A stretch of DNA of 64,000 nt from Eledone cirrhosa (taxonomy: Eukaryota). The stretch covers positions 325,810,001 to 325,874,000 of the forward strand of contig OZ024740.1 in the NCBI GenBank assembly GCA_964016885.1. The letters run 5' to 3'. The stretch's first letter is position 1, and the number at the start of each line of letters is the position of its first letter. Made by a program: the position numbers and the translations under genes. This document shows, one piece after another, positions 46,601 through 62,418 of the stretch. Under the pieces are notes generated by a model. The model worked only from the letters and a program-made list of their open reading frames with translations. It was not told where the DNA came from and did no database searches.

Positions 46601-49600
46601 TGGAGAGTGAGAGAGATGGTAGGAAAAAGATGATAGAAGAGAGGGGCAGTGGTAGAGAGATGGTAGGAAAGAGGGAGAAGTGATAGAGCAGAATGAGAGA
46701 GACAGAGATAGAAACAGAGAAGGAGACGGACATAGATAAAAAGAGAGGTGATAGAAAGAGTAGGCGAGAGATGAAAGGAGAGGAGAGGGAGAGAAAGGAG
46801 AGGAAAGAAAAACTATCAATTTGACTTTGAAGAAAGATATACAACAACAGAGATTACAATTCTTCTCCCACAAATATACCACTTTCCAAATATCGGTTGC
46901 TCTCTGACAGGTCTGCAGTCGAGCCCGTAGCAGTGGCCACATCTTTGGCCCTGGGACCACCTCCCTACTTACCACCCTCAGCAAAAAGTTAGCTACCCAC
47001 AAGTGTGAGCCTCATGAGCTGAAATGGCTCTCCCAGCACGTCTCCCCTGTTCTGTCCACCAGGGCTGCAGGCGGTCAGTGCATGGGGCCCTAGTGAGAGA
47101 TAGGTAGAGATGGAGGCAGTGACAGTGGGAGTTTGGTTCCATTGTGTTCAGACCTGGTGTATATGAGAGATGGGGAGGGTCGAAGGCAGTGATAGTGGGA
47201 GTTTGGTTCCATTGTGTTCAGACCTGGTGTATATGTATATAATTTATGTCTCATATTTACTTTAAAAAAATCTAAGCCTTGCTAGGCACACTAATTCTTT
47301 ATTGATTCACTAGAAAATTCTCTTGGTTTAAATAACAAATTCCTTTTCTATTCATAAAAATAAACAACAGAAACAACACTTACCACACGTTCAACATATT
47401 CATCATGGATGGATTCCTCAACAAATAACCGCCCAGCTGCAATACAGTTCTCTCCTTTGTTGAAGAACACACTTCCACACCCCTGACAAATACATGAAAT
47501 AGATAATATTTTCAAGAGAATTATCACCATGATTTTACATTTGGTTTAACAGTTATTGCAGTCAGTGGGAATCAAATTCATGACCTTACAATCATGAGCT
47601 GAACACCCTAACCACTAAGCCACACACCTATAGAGACAGATATCGAAACAGAGACATACAGAAACAGAGGCATAAAGGCATAGACACAAAGAGACAAAGA
47701 CACATACAGACTTAAAGACATAGACACACAGTGACATAAAGACAGACACACAGTGACATAAAGCCATAGAGACAATGCCATAGAGACAAAGCCATAAAGA
47801 CATAAAGCCATAGAGACATAGAGACATAAAGCCATAGAGACATAAAGCCATAGACATAGGTGCACAAAGACATAGGCGCACAAAGACATAGGCGCACAAA
47901 GACATAGGCGCACAAAGACATAGGCGCACAAAGACATAGGCACACAAAGACATAGGCGCACAAAGACATAGGCACACAAAGACATAGGCGCACAAAGACA
48001 CATACACAAAGACACAGCGACACAGGCGTAGAAACACATACAGACACAGAGACAAACACAGAGAGACATAAACACAGCCTTAGACACACAGAGACATAAG
48101 GACATAGAAAAATAGACATACAGAGACAGGAATATAGAGACAAGAAAATTCACCATTCCAACAGCACTGCCTATATCACTATCAGCAAAATATAATAGGG
48201 AGAGATTTACAGCCACAAACTCATGACCTTACAATCACAAGCCAAACACTAACCACTAAGCCACACACCTGTAGACACATAGCCACATAGAATCAGAGAC
48301 AAGAATACTCACCATTCTAACAGCCTTATCCATATCACAATCACCAAATATTATGAGTGGAGATTTCCCACCAAGTTCCAGAGAAACTTTCTTTACATTA
48401 CTTTTGGCACAGCTGTAAACAATACAACAGAAAAATAAGTTAACAGACTCCTTAGTTTTAAAATTTGGGGTTATTAATCATTTCTGGGAGAAAGATTTAG
48501 GGTCCATCATCATCCTCACCACCACAACCATCATCATCATTTTACATGTTTCTCATGGGTTGGATGAGTTGTTATGGTCTGAGACTAGATTGGTCAGAGA
48601 ACTGCATTTTGTTCCCATGATCCACATTTTGGCCAGTTCAAGAAACGATGACAAAATATGGAACATATGAGTAAGATATGACTATCCAACCATGTCTTGT
48701 CTAGGATTGTGACAACCCGTCCAAGCCTTGCCAACATGGAAAGCTGATGTAAAATGATGATGATGGTGATGGACAGGTATTTTTCCTGAATACAATTAAA
48801 AGATTAAATAGTACCAGGTAATTATGGTTAATATAGGACAGAGCTTCAAAACTGAAACATATCTTAACTCTTTCAATACCAACCCCCATGAAACTACATC
48901 TCATTTTTAAAATGATTATATTTAAATTAGAACCTTTTATCAATGTTATGAAAGAACCTTTGTTAAGTTCCTAACTTAACATCAGCTTAATAATAGTTTC
49001 TATGTTTGGCACAAGGCCAGCAATTACCCAGTGCATTACTGGTACTTTATTTTATCGGCTCCGTAAGGATGAAAGGCAAAGTTAACCTCGGCGGGATTTG
49101 AACTCAGAATGGCAAGGGCTGTAACTCTATACGTCAAAGCATGGCGTCCAACCCTCTACCGATACTGCCAATCCACTTAATAACTTATGGATTAAGTTCT
49201 CTGCAAGAACAAACTCCATAAGTTGGACAGACTCTTTCAGTACATCTACCTCGCTATCCTCCAGGGTAATACATACACAATTTTATCTGTTCAGCACATC
49301 CCCCTCATTATCCATCTTACTCAGGGTCTACCCCTGCCGGTTGGTTTTTCCCATAAAATCTGTCCACCAATTCTTTCCCCCGAGTCATTCTAATCACATG
49401 CCCTTAGTATTGGAGATGTGATCTCTCCATTTGGAGAAGTAGCAGCTCTACCTGGAGTGATTCTCTGATCTCTGAGCTACGCACTCTATCAAGTAATGTT
49501 ACTCTAAAGACCCTTCAGAGGAACCCTATTTCAGCCACTTGTATTCGCGATCATATTCCAAAATTCATAACCAAAGAGTTGTGGATACAAAACCCCAAGA

Positions 49601-52600
49601 CATATAACATAACATAGTTGATCATAGATCTACTGGATCAGAGCTAACCTGGGGCTATACAACAACAATAACAACAAGAACAAACCTTTCCATGATAGTT
49701 TTTCCTATTGGTGTAGATCCTGTGAATCCCAATTTACGAACGTCTTCATGGTCCGAGAGGGCCTGGCCTACCACAGAACCTGTAAAATAATATAGACAAT
49801 CTTCAAACCCATTCTCTATTTGTTTGGGGAAGGGAGGTCATTTTTTTTTTATGTTTAATCAGAGATTGAAGAATGGACTTCATGCTCCTTAAAACTTTTT
49901 GGGGGCCTCCAAGACTGGTGGGTAGAAGGGAAGAATACTCAAATTGGAGACCTAGATAAAGGCACTTAAGGGACAGATGGTAATGTTAAACCAAGAGGAG
50001 ATGGATTAAATCTACCCCCAGTGGCTTTTGAACTCAGAAAGTAAGAGCCAGAAGGATGAAAGGCAAAGTTGACCTTAGTGGGACTTTGAATTCAGAATGT
50101 AAGAAAGTCATAACTAAATACCACAAAGCATTCTGTCTGAGACTCTACTGATACTGCCAATCCACTGCCCTAAAGCTGGAGTAAATAATACAAAACATCT
50201 CATCCAGCACTCAAACAATTCCCCCAATCCACCACTTTGCACTTATAATTTATCAAAATGTGTCAATAAAACACCTTTATCATTTTTACATCTGTTTTTC
50301 CATGTTGGCATGGATTAAACACGCTTTCTCCACCCCACATACACTCATTTGTCTTTTTTCTTTGTCATCTCAGTGCTCTGAGATGACCTTTCGCTACTTC
50401 TGTGCAGGTCTTTCTTGGTTTTTCGTGGTTTCTTTCCACTTGTTTGGTTCCTTTGTGAGATTCACCATCTTGAGATAAGTAAGCTTTCACCACTTCTGTC
50501 TAGGCCTTTTTTAGTCTTCCACATCTTCCTTCCATTTGTCTTGTTCCTTTGTCATATCTTTTGTGAGGTTTACCATTTTGAGAACAGCCTTCACCACGTC
50601 TGTGCAGGTCTTCCTTGGTCTTCCTCTTCCCCAGCTTCCATCCACTTGAAACTCCTAGCATATCTTCACCCAACGATCATCATCCTAACGATCATCAACA
50701 ATCATCAACGATACACATCACTAGTCCAAGATGAGAAAATAGTCCTTAAAGCTCACTTTAAAAACAAAAAAAATGTGATAAGTCTCACCTGAGCCAGGTA
50801 AAATATTGATGACTCCAGGTGGAAATCCAGCCTCAACTGTTAACTCAGCAAACTTCAAAGCAGTAAGTGGTGTTACCTAGGCAACAAATAAAAAATAAGA
50901 TGAAATATTTTGTCTTGGGAACTTCAGACACAACTCTTACCTGTGGCTCCAAAAAAGAGCTTCTAGATAGTAATTTTAGTTGCTAGAAATAGTAGCAGTA
51001 TCTCTCTCATGTTTCATTCCTTACAGCATCATTATCATCATTTTTATGTCTGATTATTCTGCTTGCATGGATTACACGAGTTCTCTCCAGTACAGCATCT
51101 CTCCATTTGTTTCTTTGCTTTGTCATCTCATTTGTACTGTGTAGTTTTTTTTTTAGATCAGCTTTCATCACCTCTTCTTGGTTTTCCTCTTCTATAGTTT
51201 CCTTCCACTGGGAACACTAGGCAATCTAACAATCATCTTCAACTAACAATCATCATCCATATGCATTACATGTCCATGCCAACATATCAATGCAATCTTC
51301 TCTCCTGAACACAAAATCTGATTCCTCTTATGCCCAGTTCATCCATGTTCATTCATGCACACTAGCATTACACATCTAATGGCACATGCTCACTTCATTT
51401 CTATCTAGCCTTCACATATCTTCTACATTCACTGCCAGGAATATGTAGTCTCAGGTTGCTTAGAAGCAATGTTGCCAAATGTTTTAAGAGTAAACATGCT
51501 AAATTAGGGTCAAAGACTAAAAGGCATTAATATTTTGTTAAAAGGCACTAAAAAAACTTATACTGGGCAAGCATTAGTTAGGTAGCTAACATTATTGCTA
51601 GTTTGATTTCCACGGGAGATATGGGTTAGACGGGTTGTCCCATTGTGAGACAAGTCAGATCAGTCATGCTCATACAGAACTGTTTCTGGCTTGGTTTCTA
51701 TGGCTGGATGCCCTTTCTAATGTCAACCACATCTAAAGTGTGGACTTGGTGCTTTTTATCATGGCACTAAAACAACTACATTACAGTGTGGACTGGGCAC
51801 TTTTTGTTGCAACACCAACATGACCACATTACAGTGTGGACTGGGTGCTTTTTGTCATGACACCTACACGACCACTTTACAGTGTGGACTGGGCGCTTTT
51901 TATTGCAACACCTGCATGACACTTTACAGAGTGAATTGGGCACTTTTTGTTGTGTCACCAATATGACCACTTTATAGGGTGGGCCGGGCGATTTTTATTG
52001 TGTCACCAACATGATCACTTTAAAATCAAAGAATTCTAAATCTAAGCTTCCTTCCACAATATGGAACCTGCAGTCAACTTTTTCTTCTGAAGCCAGGTTA
52101 TAGGCATCTATTATTCCTATATTCTGAAAGATATCTTTCAGCAATTTGTAACTAAGACAACATTTACAATTATGCTTCAGACTATATTTTATGGTTCATG
52201 GGCACTACCCTCATCTCCCAGCTAAGCAATAACAGAAATCTACTAACCTGAGCTGGTTTAAGTATTACTGTGTTTCCTGCAGCTAGACAGGCAGCCATCT
52301 TCCATGCCAACATCATCAGAGGGTAGTTCCAGGGTACCACTATACCACACACCCTTTTAAAAAGAGGGAGGGAGATAAGAGTGACTTAAAGGTACATTGT
52401 AACATGATGAAGGTGTGAGATCTAGTGGTTAGGATGTTGAACTCACAATCATAAAGTCATGGGTTCAATTCTTTGGCCAGGCAGTGCAGTATTTTTGAGC
52501 AGGATGCTTCATTTCACTTTGCTTCTCATTATAAGACTAGGGTGGTGGATTGGCAGTATTGGTAGAAGGTCAGACACCATGCTTTGCAGCATCGAGTTAC

Positions 52601-55600
52601 GGTCTGAATTCAAATCCCGCTGAGGTTAACTTTGCCTTTCATCCTTACAGGGTTGATAAAATAAAGTATCAGTAATGCACTGGGATAATTGCTGGCCTTG
52701 TGCCAAAAGTAGAGAGAATAATAAGACTGGGGCTCTTATCTTTAAAAAACCCAAAAGTCCTCCCCTGAGATACAATCTTATAGGAGGCCAGCTAAACCTA
52801 CATAATTGTGAGCTGTAAATTTCATTTTTTTCTTTTTTCATAGCAATGATTAGACAGGTTGTCAACAGACTGGGTCAGTATTCAAGCAAATCAATGCAGC
52901 TCTCAGATGGATCAGAGGTCTGTATCTTTCTTACATACATTCTTGCATTCTACCAAGTGCTTACATATGATTCTGCACTTTGCTGAGTTTATTTTATCAT
53001 GGCACCAGCACTAAAGAGAGTTAAGTCTTTGACAACTGAAAATTTCTCTTGGCTCTTTGTTGGCAGGTTTTCTAAGGCTGGATGCCCTTCTTATCACCAA
53101 CACCACTTAACAGTGTGTACTGGATGTGTTTATCATGTACTTCACAAACACTAGAGAGATTGTCTTGCCCTTAACACAACTTTTTGGAATAGTTCCTATA
53201 GAGGATACCCTTTCTATCACCAACCACCATATAGCGTGTACAGAGTGCATTTTTTGTGTCAATAACACTAGAAATGTTGTGGGTCAGTGATCCAACTGAA
53301 GAGCCCTCATTACCCTACACAGAAGAAAGTGAATAAGACAGAGGTGGGTAAAAGAAATGATGAATTTTATGTTAGGTGTGGTGGGGTGGTGATATTTGAC
53401 AAGGTAATGTGTAGGAAAGGAAGGGTTGACCTCTGATGGAGTGGGTTGTACTGTGATGATATGTATTAAGGGGTTATGACTGGTGTGTCAGGATTTTATG
53501 TGGAGTGTTTGACCCTGGATAGAATAGGATAAGGGTGGGTAATGATCGTGGTTAGAGTGAGGGCATTAGGATCTATGAGGGGTGAAGGTGATCTTAGATT
53601 GAGATTGCGTGCACAGTGATAGTTAGAATAGCTACTAAGGAGTGATAATAGGAGGGGGCATGTGCATGGGTCAGATCAAGTAGCATTTTATACTGGTGGG
53701 GGCTTCTTTAGTATAGGATGTCACTTTTTGCAGTCCTTTGTCATTTCCATTATGAGGTTCAGTTTTCACTATCTCATCCCATATCTTCCATGAGTCACCA
53801 CCATTAAGATTTCTGTGTACTTCTTTATAGTCGTTATCTTCCATATATATCATATGTCCATAGCAATAACTTCTCTCTTATACACTATATCCAGTTTCTC
53901 TTATGCAAAGTTTTTTTCTCGGCTTGCTTATGTTACATTGTTTCTGCACATCTATCAGAGCATACTTGCTGTATATATGTGTGTGTGTAACCCTTTGTCG
54001 TCGCTTCACATATGTATTGAGTACCTTATTTATTGTGGTTACCCCTGACTAAACTTGGGATCGATTTTATATATATGTATATATATTATGGACTTTTATG
54101 TTGAGAATGACATATGACCATCCAGTTCCTGATGAACTGAACAGCCAACTCTTTCAACTAGTGAGCAAACAGGCTGAGAATTCCAGACATGTGAACCCCT
54201 AATTCTCCCTAAACACAAAATTGTAGGCCCATCCCACTTGTCCCACTTCTGTTCTTGTCTGTCTTGGTCACATGTGGATAATACCTGGGTGTTAAAAAGT
54301 TAAATAGATGTGCTGTGTGGTGTCATTTCTATTACCCCCATGTTCCTTAACCCTTTAAACTGGCTGTATCCGGCCAGAATTCTCTCACCCTGTTCTGTTA
54401 AAACCAGCCATAACTAGCTTCTCATACTTATGTTAAGGTACTGTTCTCAAAATAAATAATATTAAAATCTCATAGATTTGATATTATGTGAGATAATTAT
54501 GTTAAATAAAATGTTAACCATGAAAATACAATACTAAATAGAGTAATGCAAATGCTAAAGGGTTAACCCATACTAAACTGCCCGAAACTGTTCTTGGTTC
54601 TATGGTACAAAGCAGTTTATTTTAAAGTGTTTATATTTATCTAAAAACCTTCCACCATAATTTTATGTAAGAACTTTTAAGTTATGCTCCAAATATCAGC
54701 TTAATAAAATTCTTGATATTCAAAATGATTTGAAAATCACAGGCTGTATGTTTCTTTAGAATTGTGGTTACAAAAGGGTTAATCTATGAAGAAGCTAAAA
54801 TAATAAGCTGTGGGCATAACCGGTCCAACATACATTCACCAAATAACAGAAATATTACTCACCCAATAGGTTCCCTCTTGGTATAGGTAAGATTTTTATT
54901 TGGTCGAGCATTGTTTATTGGGATTGTCTTACCCTGAAACAGAAATACAAATAAATTAGTATGTTAACCTACTGAAAGTATAACCCCCCCCCCCCCCCCC
55001 CCTCAAATGTTCTTTTAACACCTTTGAAAGGGTACATTGTACTCAACAGATCAAGACCAATTATATATTTTTATGGTCACATTTAATATATTTTTTAGAG
55101 TTAATTATTTTGTTGTGTGTATCTAGTTTAAAATAGATACACCCTCACCCTGTGAGTCATAAGAGGCAACTAACAGGGTTGGCAACAAAAAGGGCATCCA
55201 GCTGTAAAACACTACCTCAAAAAGGACTCCATGATGCGTATGAAGCTTGATATGGGGCCCACAAATTTAACCCCTGCTTTAGCAGAGAAACAGGCCTTAA
55301 AACACTTGTGTTGTTTTTACATGGGAAATCCCTTTATTCTATACTCTAGATGCACTACTCTAAAACAAAGTCTTCAACTATGTCCCTCCTTGCACCAACA
55401 ATTCAAGGGACTCACTTCACATATTCCAAAAGAGGGAGGCCTCTTTATGATTCCTCAACCAGCTGAAAATAGCAGTAAAATCTCCTTTAATCACACCCTA
55501 CTGTTTTAAAAAGAGGACATATTAGGTAATAGTGTCCTAGATATCAAAAATCAGGTAGGAGGTAGGAGGGTTATGGCTAGAATATTTGTAATCATAGGTC

Positions 55601-58600
55601 TTCTCAATGAAGACTGAACTGGGGCTTAACAACTACCTTTGATCATAGGTTTTCTGACTGAGCTGGGGCTAAACACCTTTGATCATAGGTATTTTTAATG
55701 TGAACTGACCAGAAGCTAAACATTTTTGATCATAGGTCTTCTCAATGTTGAGTGGCCAGGGGCTAAACAATGACATCAACAACAATGACAATAATGTAAA
55801 AAGCGATGTAACCCACCTGTATTTTGTCACACCAGCCAGCAAAGTACTTAAAGGTGTCTATAGACATGCCAATATGGGTCTTTAAGGCCAAGGTATAGAC
55901 TGCACCAGCATCGATACTTTCAATTGTAGCAAGTTCCTCACGATGTTTATCCATCAGATCTGCCAACCTGAAAACACAAAACTCAGTAGTTTAGTTATAG
56001 AAATTTAACCCTTTCTTGACCATATTTTTAATTAAATACACTTTATTTCAATTAATTAATGAAGAATTTTGAGGGATTTACTAAAATTATTTATTTCATT
56101 ACTAAGATAGTACCTTAAAATATGGTTCTTATGTAAAGTTGTGTTGAAAAATTTTAATTTAAATAGGATATTTTTTTTTAAATGGCAAGTTTTGTTTCAT
56201 ATAACCAGAGTTGGTTTGGGGTAAGTCAATATTAAAATGGTTTAACTATCCTAACAATATCTATTTCAATTAATTAAGGAAGTATTTTGAAGGATTTAAT
56301 AAAAAATATTATTTCATTACTAAGATGGCATTTGTAATGCAACAAATAGTTCTTATATTTGTAACAGAGCCAAATGTTCTTATATCAAATTATGTTGGAA
56401 TATTCTAATTTAACCCTTTTGTGAGCATATTTCTCATGAAATACATCCTATTTCAAATAATTAATGAAGAATTTTGAGGGATTTACAAAAATTATTATTT
56501 CATTATTAAGATATTTGTAATACAATAAATGGTTCTTATATCAAACTATGCTGGAAGATTTTAATTTAAATAAATAAGAATATTTTAAATAGGTGGATTT
56601 GTTTCATAGAACCAGATTTGAGTGGGTTGGTATCAAAAGGTTTAATCTACTTACTTGTACATTAAGGTACCCCTGTCACGAGCATTCATCTTTCCCCACT
56701 CTCCATTCTCAAAAGCTTCCTAAAAAAAAAAAAAACAGAACAAAAAACAATCTATGCCAGGTTAAACTGTAGAAACTACTAATGACAGCCTTAAATTGGG
56801 TGATGGATTAAATCTACCACCTAAGTGCACACTGCTAAAGCCAAGTAGTAGTGTTAAACTGGGTGATGGATCAGCTCTTTCATTACCCTAATGAAATCAA
56901 CTGCCTATGATTTTAAAATCATTTTGAAAATAATCAAGAATTTGAAAACCAAGTTTCACATTAAGTTTGTGTTTGGAACATAACTTAGCAAAGTTTCTTA
57001 CATAAAATTATGATGGAAAGTCTTTAGATACATATAAACACTTAAAAACAAATAGATTTGTATTGTAGAACATGATGTGATTTCAGATAGTTTTATATTA
57101 AAAAGGCTACGCCTATCCTTTAAATACTTTGCTGAAGTCATTCAAGGTGGTAGTGCTGCTGCTAAACCAGACAATAGGTTAAGTCTACCACCCAATATTA
57201 CTAGTTCAGAGGGAGGATGTAATATAACAGTGAATTAGTTAATGTAAAGTGTCAAACAAGTGAAGTTTGGTCTATCATCTGTCCAGTGTGAAGTTGCATG
57301 ACTTAATAATTAGGTTGTTTGGCTCATGATTGCAAGGTCATGAGTTCGATTCCCAGGGGCACATTGTGTCCCTGAGCAAAATACTTTATCTAACATTGTT
57401 CCAGTTCACTCAAATGGAAAAAAAACTAGTTGTACCTCAAATTCAAAGAGCCAACCTTGTCGCACAGTGTCATGCTGAATCTCCCTGAGAACTACAGAAT
57501 GTATTGTATTTGTTGAATCTCCCTGAGATTTAGTGCACGTGTCTGTGTCACACTGGATCCCTGAGAATTACATTAAGGGTACATGTGTCTGTGGAATACT
57601 CAACCACATACACTATGATACAAGATGGATTGTACCTATGATTTAAAGAGTCAGCCTTGTCACATGCTGTGTCATGCTGAAATTCTCTGAGATCTACATT
57701 AAGAGTATATGTTTGTGGAATGCTCAGTCAGTTGTATGTTAATTTCCTAAAAAGACTGTTCCATTGATCAAACAACTGAAATATTCATCATTAGAACCCA
57801 TGGAGGTCTACTACATATCTGTGTATTACTCTCATACTGACAGAGGTCAAACATATCTAGCTAGTGACCTATATTTGGGGATATGATCTAGACCATGGGT
57901 CTCAAATTCAAGGACTTAAAAAGTCCATTATATCCTGGGGAAGAGGCACAGCAGGTCAAAGGTGAGATGAGGAGGAAGGGAGTGTGATTCCCACCAGTTA
58001 TAATGCTAATCTGCAATACAATTGATAGGCTGCTATGTGAATTAGTACAAAATGTGGAGGGACAATTTTTTGTTTCAAATTTTCCTTAATTCCATTTTTA
58101 CATTTGGGTAAATTCCCTTTTTTCTGTTTTCACTTTTGATAAATTCCTTTTTTTTTTTCATTTTATTGTATTTCATGGGTAAATTTAGTGGAGGCACATG
58201 GCCTAGTGGTAAGGGTGTATGACTTACAATCATAATATTATGGGTTTAATTCCTGGACTGGGTTCTTGAGCAAAACACTTTATTTCATGTTGCTCCAGTA
58301 TACTCAGCTGAAAATGAGTACCAGCAACAGCTGGGGGTTAACCTTGCAATGAAATGGGAGTCTTGTACTAGTCACTTTGTGCCACAGCAACCACTGATGA
58401 GCTTCCGGGCTTGAGACAGACTTTAGATGGGTAAATAACAATAAATTGTAGTATAAACATTATCAAAACAGAGAAAACAAAAGCAGAATTCAAAGCTTAA
58501 TACTGCTGGCAGAGTATAGAAGGGGTGAAGGACAAATTATCAAGCTTTAGGAACAAATTATTTTTGAAAATTGTTCTGCTGCAGCCAGGGAAAAGTAGTT

Positions 58601-61600
58601 TGTGGGCCACATGTAGCCTGGGAATGATTGTGACCCCTAATCTAGGATATATTCAAGAGTAAAAGTGCTTGTTTCGATAACTAAAAGGTGTGTCAGAGTC
58701 TGTCTTTCAATAACTTTGAGGTGTGTCTTTCAATAACTTTGAGGTGTGTCATTAGATAATTTATCTAACATTACATTTATAAGGTTAGTTATTCAAAACA
58801 TTTATTTAAACTTTTTGTTATCATATTTCCAATGAAAAACACTGCCTCTGATTTTCAAATTATTCTTTTTAATAATTTGTTTTTAATTTGAAGAGATTTA
58901 GTAATATAATTAACTTTCTCATTATTCAGCTGGTGCTTGGGGACATAACTTAACAAAGGTAGTTCATATAAAAGGTGTGTTTTTAGAAGAGAAAGAGAGA
59001 GAACAAATTTCAAATCTTACAGGAACCATTTAGGCCAAGTATCTGTTACTTTAATCTCATTATTCTGGGGGTAGGACCTGCAGAGATCAGGCTATTGTCC
59101 TATCTCATCTGAATAATTAAATTCAGGTAGATATATATTCCAGGTAATATAAGGTAAGTAGGTCACCTAACTGATTAGTAAACAACCACTTACCTGACAC
59201 TTTATAACTTTTAAGGAGGTCATTACAGTCTCTACCCTAACTCTTTCCTTACCATATTTATAAACGATGATGATGATGATGATGATGATGAGTTGTTTTC
59301 ATGTATTGAATTTTGTTTGTGTGTGTGTGTGTGTGGTCACCAGGTCATCCAAGAGTGGTGGTTTGGCAGAATGATTAAAGCGTTAGACAAGATGCTTTGC
59401 AGTATTTCTCCTGAGTTCAAATTCCACTATGGACTGCATAGATTGTAGACTTAATCTGAAACTTAGTTCAACATCACCATCTGGACTGTGAGAGCCTTTA
59501 GCAGAGTCCACCCTATTACATATATTTAGACCATGTCTCTGGTTTAAGGATACCACTACCTCTCATCAATTGCCAAGGCCTGACTAAACAGTAGAAAAAA
59601 AAACCACAATGGTGGTGGTGGAGATGGTGTTGTTGTTGTCGGTGGTGGTGGTGCTGGTGGTGCTTGTGGTGGTAGTAGAGGTGGTGATGTTGGTGGTGGT
59701 AGTGGTGGTGCTGGTGATAGTGGTGGTGGAGATGGTGTTGTTGTTGTTGGTGGTGGTGGTATTGGTAGTGCTTATGGTGGTAGTAGTGCTGGGGTGTTGT
59801 TGTTGTTGGTCTTGATGGTGAAGATGGTCTATGTTAACTGCTGAACTATTAAACTTACCTTTGCTGCTTCAACTGCTCTGTTGACATCTTCTTTTGTGGC
59901 TTTGGACACTTTACATATCACCTAAAATTAATAACCAATCAAATTAACTCTTAACGTCCTGTTCCACATGTAACCATATTAATAAAAAAATTCTTGAAAA
60001 ATACAAAACAGCACTATGACTGCATCACATTATAAATTAATATTTTCTGTAATTCTGTAAAAACATTTTCACAACAATCTGTCTATCAGTAAAAATACTA
60101 TAAACATTTGCATTAACAAACCCCCTTTTAGATATTTTCTATTAAATCATTATAGGATGTTAATAGTTAATAAACTCTAAAGGTGTATATAACAACCTTA
60201 AAAATATAATAGAACTTACTCGGCCAAGTAATTTCTTTTTATTCTGACAGATAACGTAACTCAATATTTTGCTAACAGAGTTAAAGTTTTAAAAAGAAAC
60301 TTACTGATTCATCCGCAGGGTTGATAGTGTTGTAAGTAACACCATCTGATGAGTCCACAAATTCATTATCGATGAAACATTGGTGTGGGAAACTAATGTC
60401 CATATTGTTGACATGTAGCTTCACCTGTGAGGGGAAAAAAAGCCTTTTTTTATCAATAACAACTCCTTCTTTAGATATAGACAACACAATAAAGTTCTTG
60501 GAGGAAAAAAGGATTATTGGTTGATAGATTTGAAGTAAAGCAGAGCAACGTATTACATGATGTGACACTGGGGAGGGAGTACAGTTTTTGGCAAGCAATT
60601 GGAGACAATATAGGGTTTAAGAAGATCCTTCAAACTAGATGATCATGAGACAATGTGTCTAATGTTGGTGCCATGATAAAACATACCTAGACCACCTTGT
60701 AATATGGCAGTGTTGATGCCATGAAAAAATGCATCTAGTACACTCTGTAAAGTGGTAGTGCTGATGCCAAAATAAAATGCATCCAGAACCCACTGAAAAT
60801 GGTAGTGTTAGCGCCATGGTAAAATGCACCTGATAAACTCTGTAAAATGTGCTGGTGCTATGAAAAAAAAAAGCATCCAGCCAATGCAAAACATGTCATC
60901 TAATACTCTAACAATTCCATTAATCTAATTCCATTCCTAATGAACCTGCTTTGGGGAGTGGTCATGGGGATGGACTGGCAGAAGTTGTAAGATCAGAGTT
61001 CAAATCCCACTAAGGTTAACACTGCCTTTCATCTTTTTTGGGGTTGATAGTTAATGTAGTAATTCAAGGCAGTATCCCAGACAAGTTAATCCTTTGTCCA
61101 CTCAAGGAAAGTAAATTATTCTTCTGGAATGCAACATGTTGTGACATATTCTCTGGTGCCAATCTCATTGCTTCATCCACAAACCTGAGCATCACTGCCT
61201 CTATTACAGAAGAGCAGTAGATATCCAAATACCAAGATTTGACCAACTGCTTCCTTTTCATGTCCATTGCCTTTGACATCTTTGGTTTCTTTAGTGTCTT
61301 CGGTCCCCAAACTGCCACAGAGAAGTAGAAGATAGCTAATTATTAGAATTTAGCAGACTATTTCTTTGATCCTCAGATTGCCATTTTCCTACACAAAATT
61401 GAGAGAAGTACATCCACTCTGAAGAAGAAGCCCCTGTGATATGGAATGGCTGATACAGTGGGTGTCACGGGCTGTTCTCTGCAGCAATATTTTTGTCATC
61501 TTGTCCCTTGTAGGACACAGTTGAGATGTACCATTCTGCCAAGAGTGTAGAGTTAGTCCCTCCCTTCACCTTTTCCATTATTTAATTTTTCTCTCTCTTT

Positions 61601-62299
61601 CTGTTTCAATACTTTAAAAAAATTACTATCACTATAGGATACTTCAGTTCAACAATACATTCCCATTAATTGTTAAAGAATTAAATATCTTACAGCATCA
61701 AATTCAAAAGGTTCCTCATCTGTAATTCCTCGACTACGAAGTATAATGTAGTTAGACAGTTCTGCAAAAGTGGTATTCATATAGATATGCTCATTTTCTA
61801 AAGCAACACCTCCACACTTTTCCTTGATTTCTTCAACCATTCTGAAAGTAACAAAGAATATGAAATAATTATATAATTAACCCTTTCATTAAGATATTTC
61901 TAAAGAAACACACTGACTGTATTTGGAGAGAGTTACTAAAATTATCAATTATTTCACTGCTGAGATGGTATTTGTAATATAATTTAGCAAATGGTTCTTG
62001 TACCAAATCATATTGGAAGATTTTAATTTAACCTTGTCATGATCATATTTCTAATTAATTGATGAAGAAGGTGAGGGGATTTACTAAAATTATTAACTAT
62101 TTCATTATTAAGATAGTAACTTAACATATGGTTCTTATATAAAATTATGTTGGAAGATTTTAATATAAATAGGGACCTATTAAAATGGGTAGTTTTGTTT
62201 CATATAATCAGAGTTGGTTTTGGCAGAGTTAGTTATCAAAAAGGTTAATGAAATGAATACAGTATGAAGATGTTTTCTTTTTTGATTAATCTGAGGAAA

Positions 62300-62345
<46 letters not shown>

Positions 62346-62374
62346 TGTGTTTATGTGTGAATGCATGTATATAT

Positions 62375-62418
<44 letters not shown>

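Noticed and set aside
52353-52356. Non-canonical splice acceptor in ALDH1L
   Set aside because: AAG is an uncommon but canonical AG acceptor with a good pyrimidine tract, and the frame is preserved
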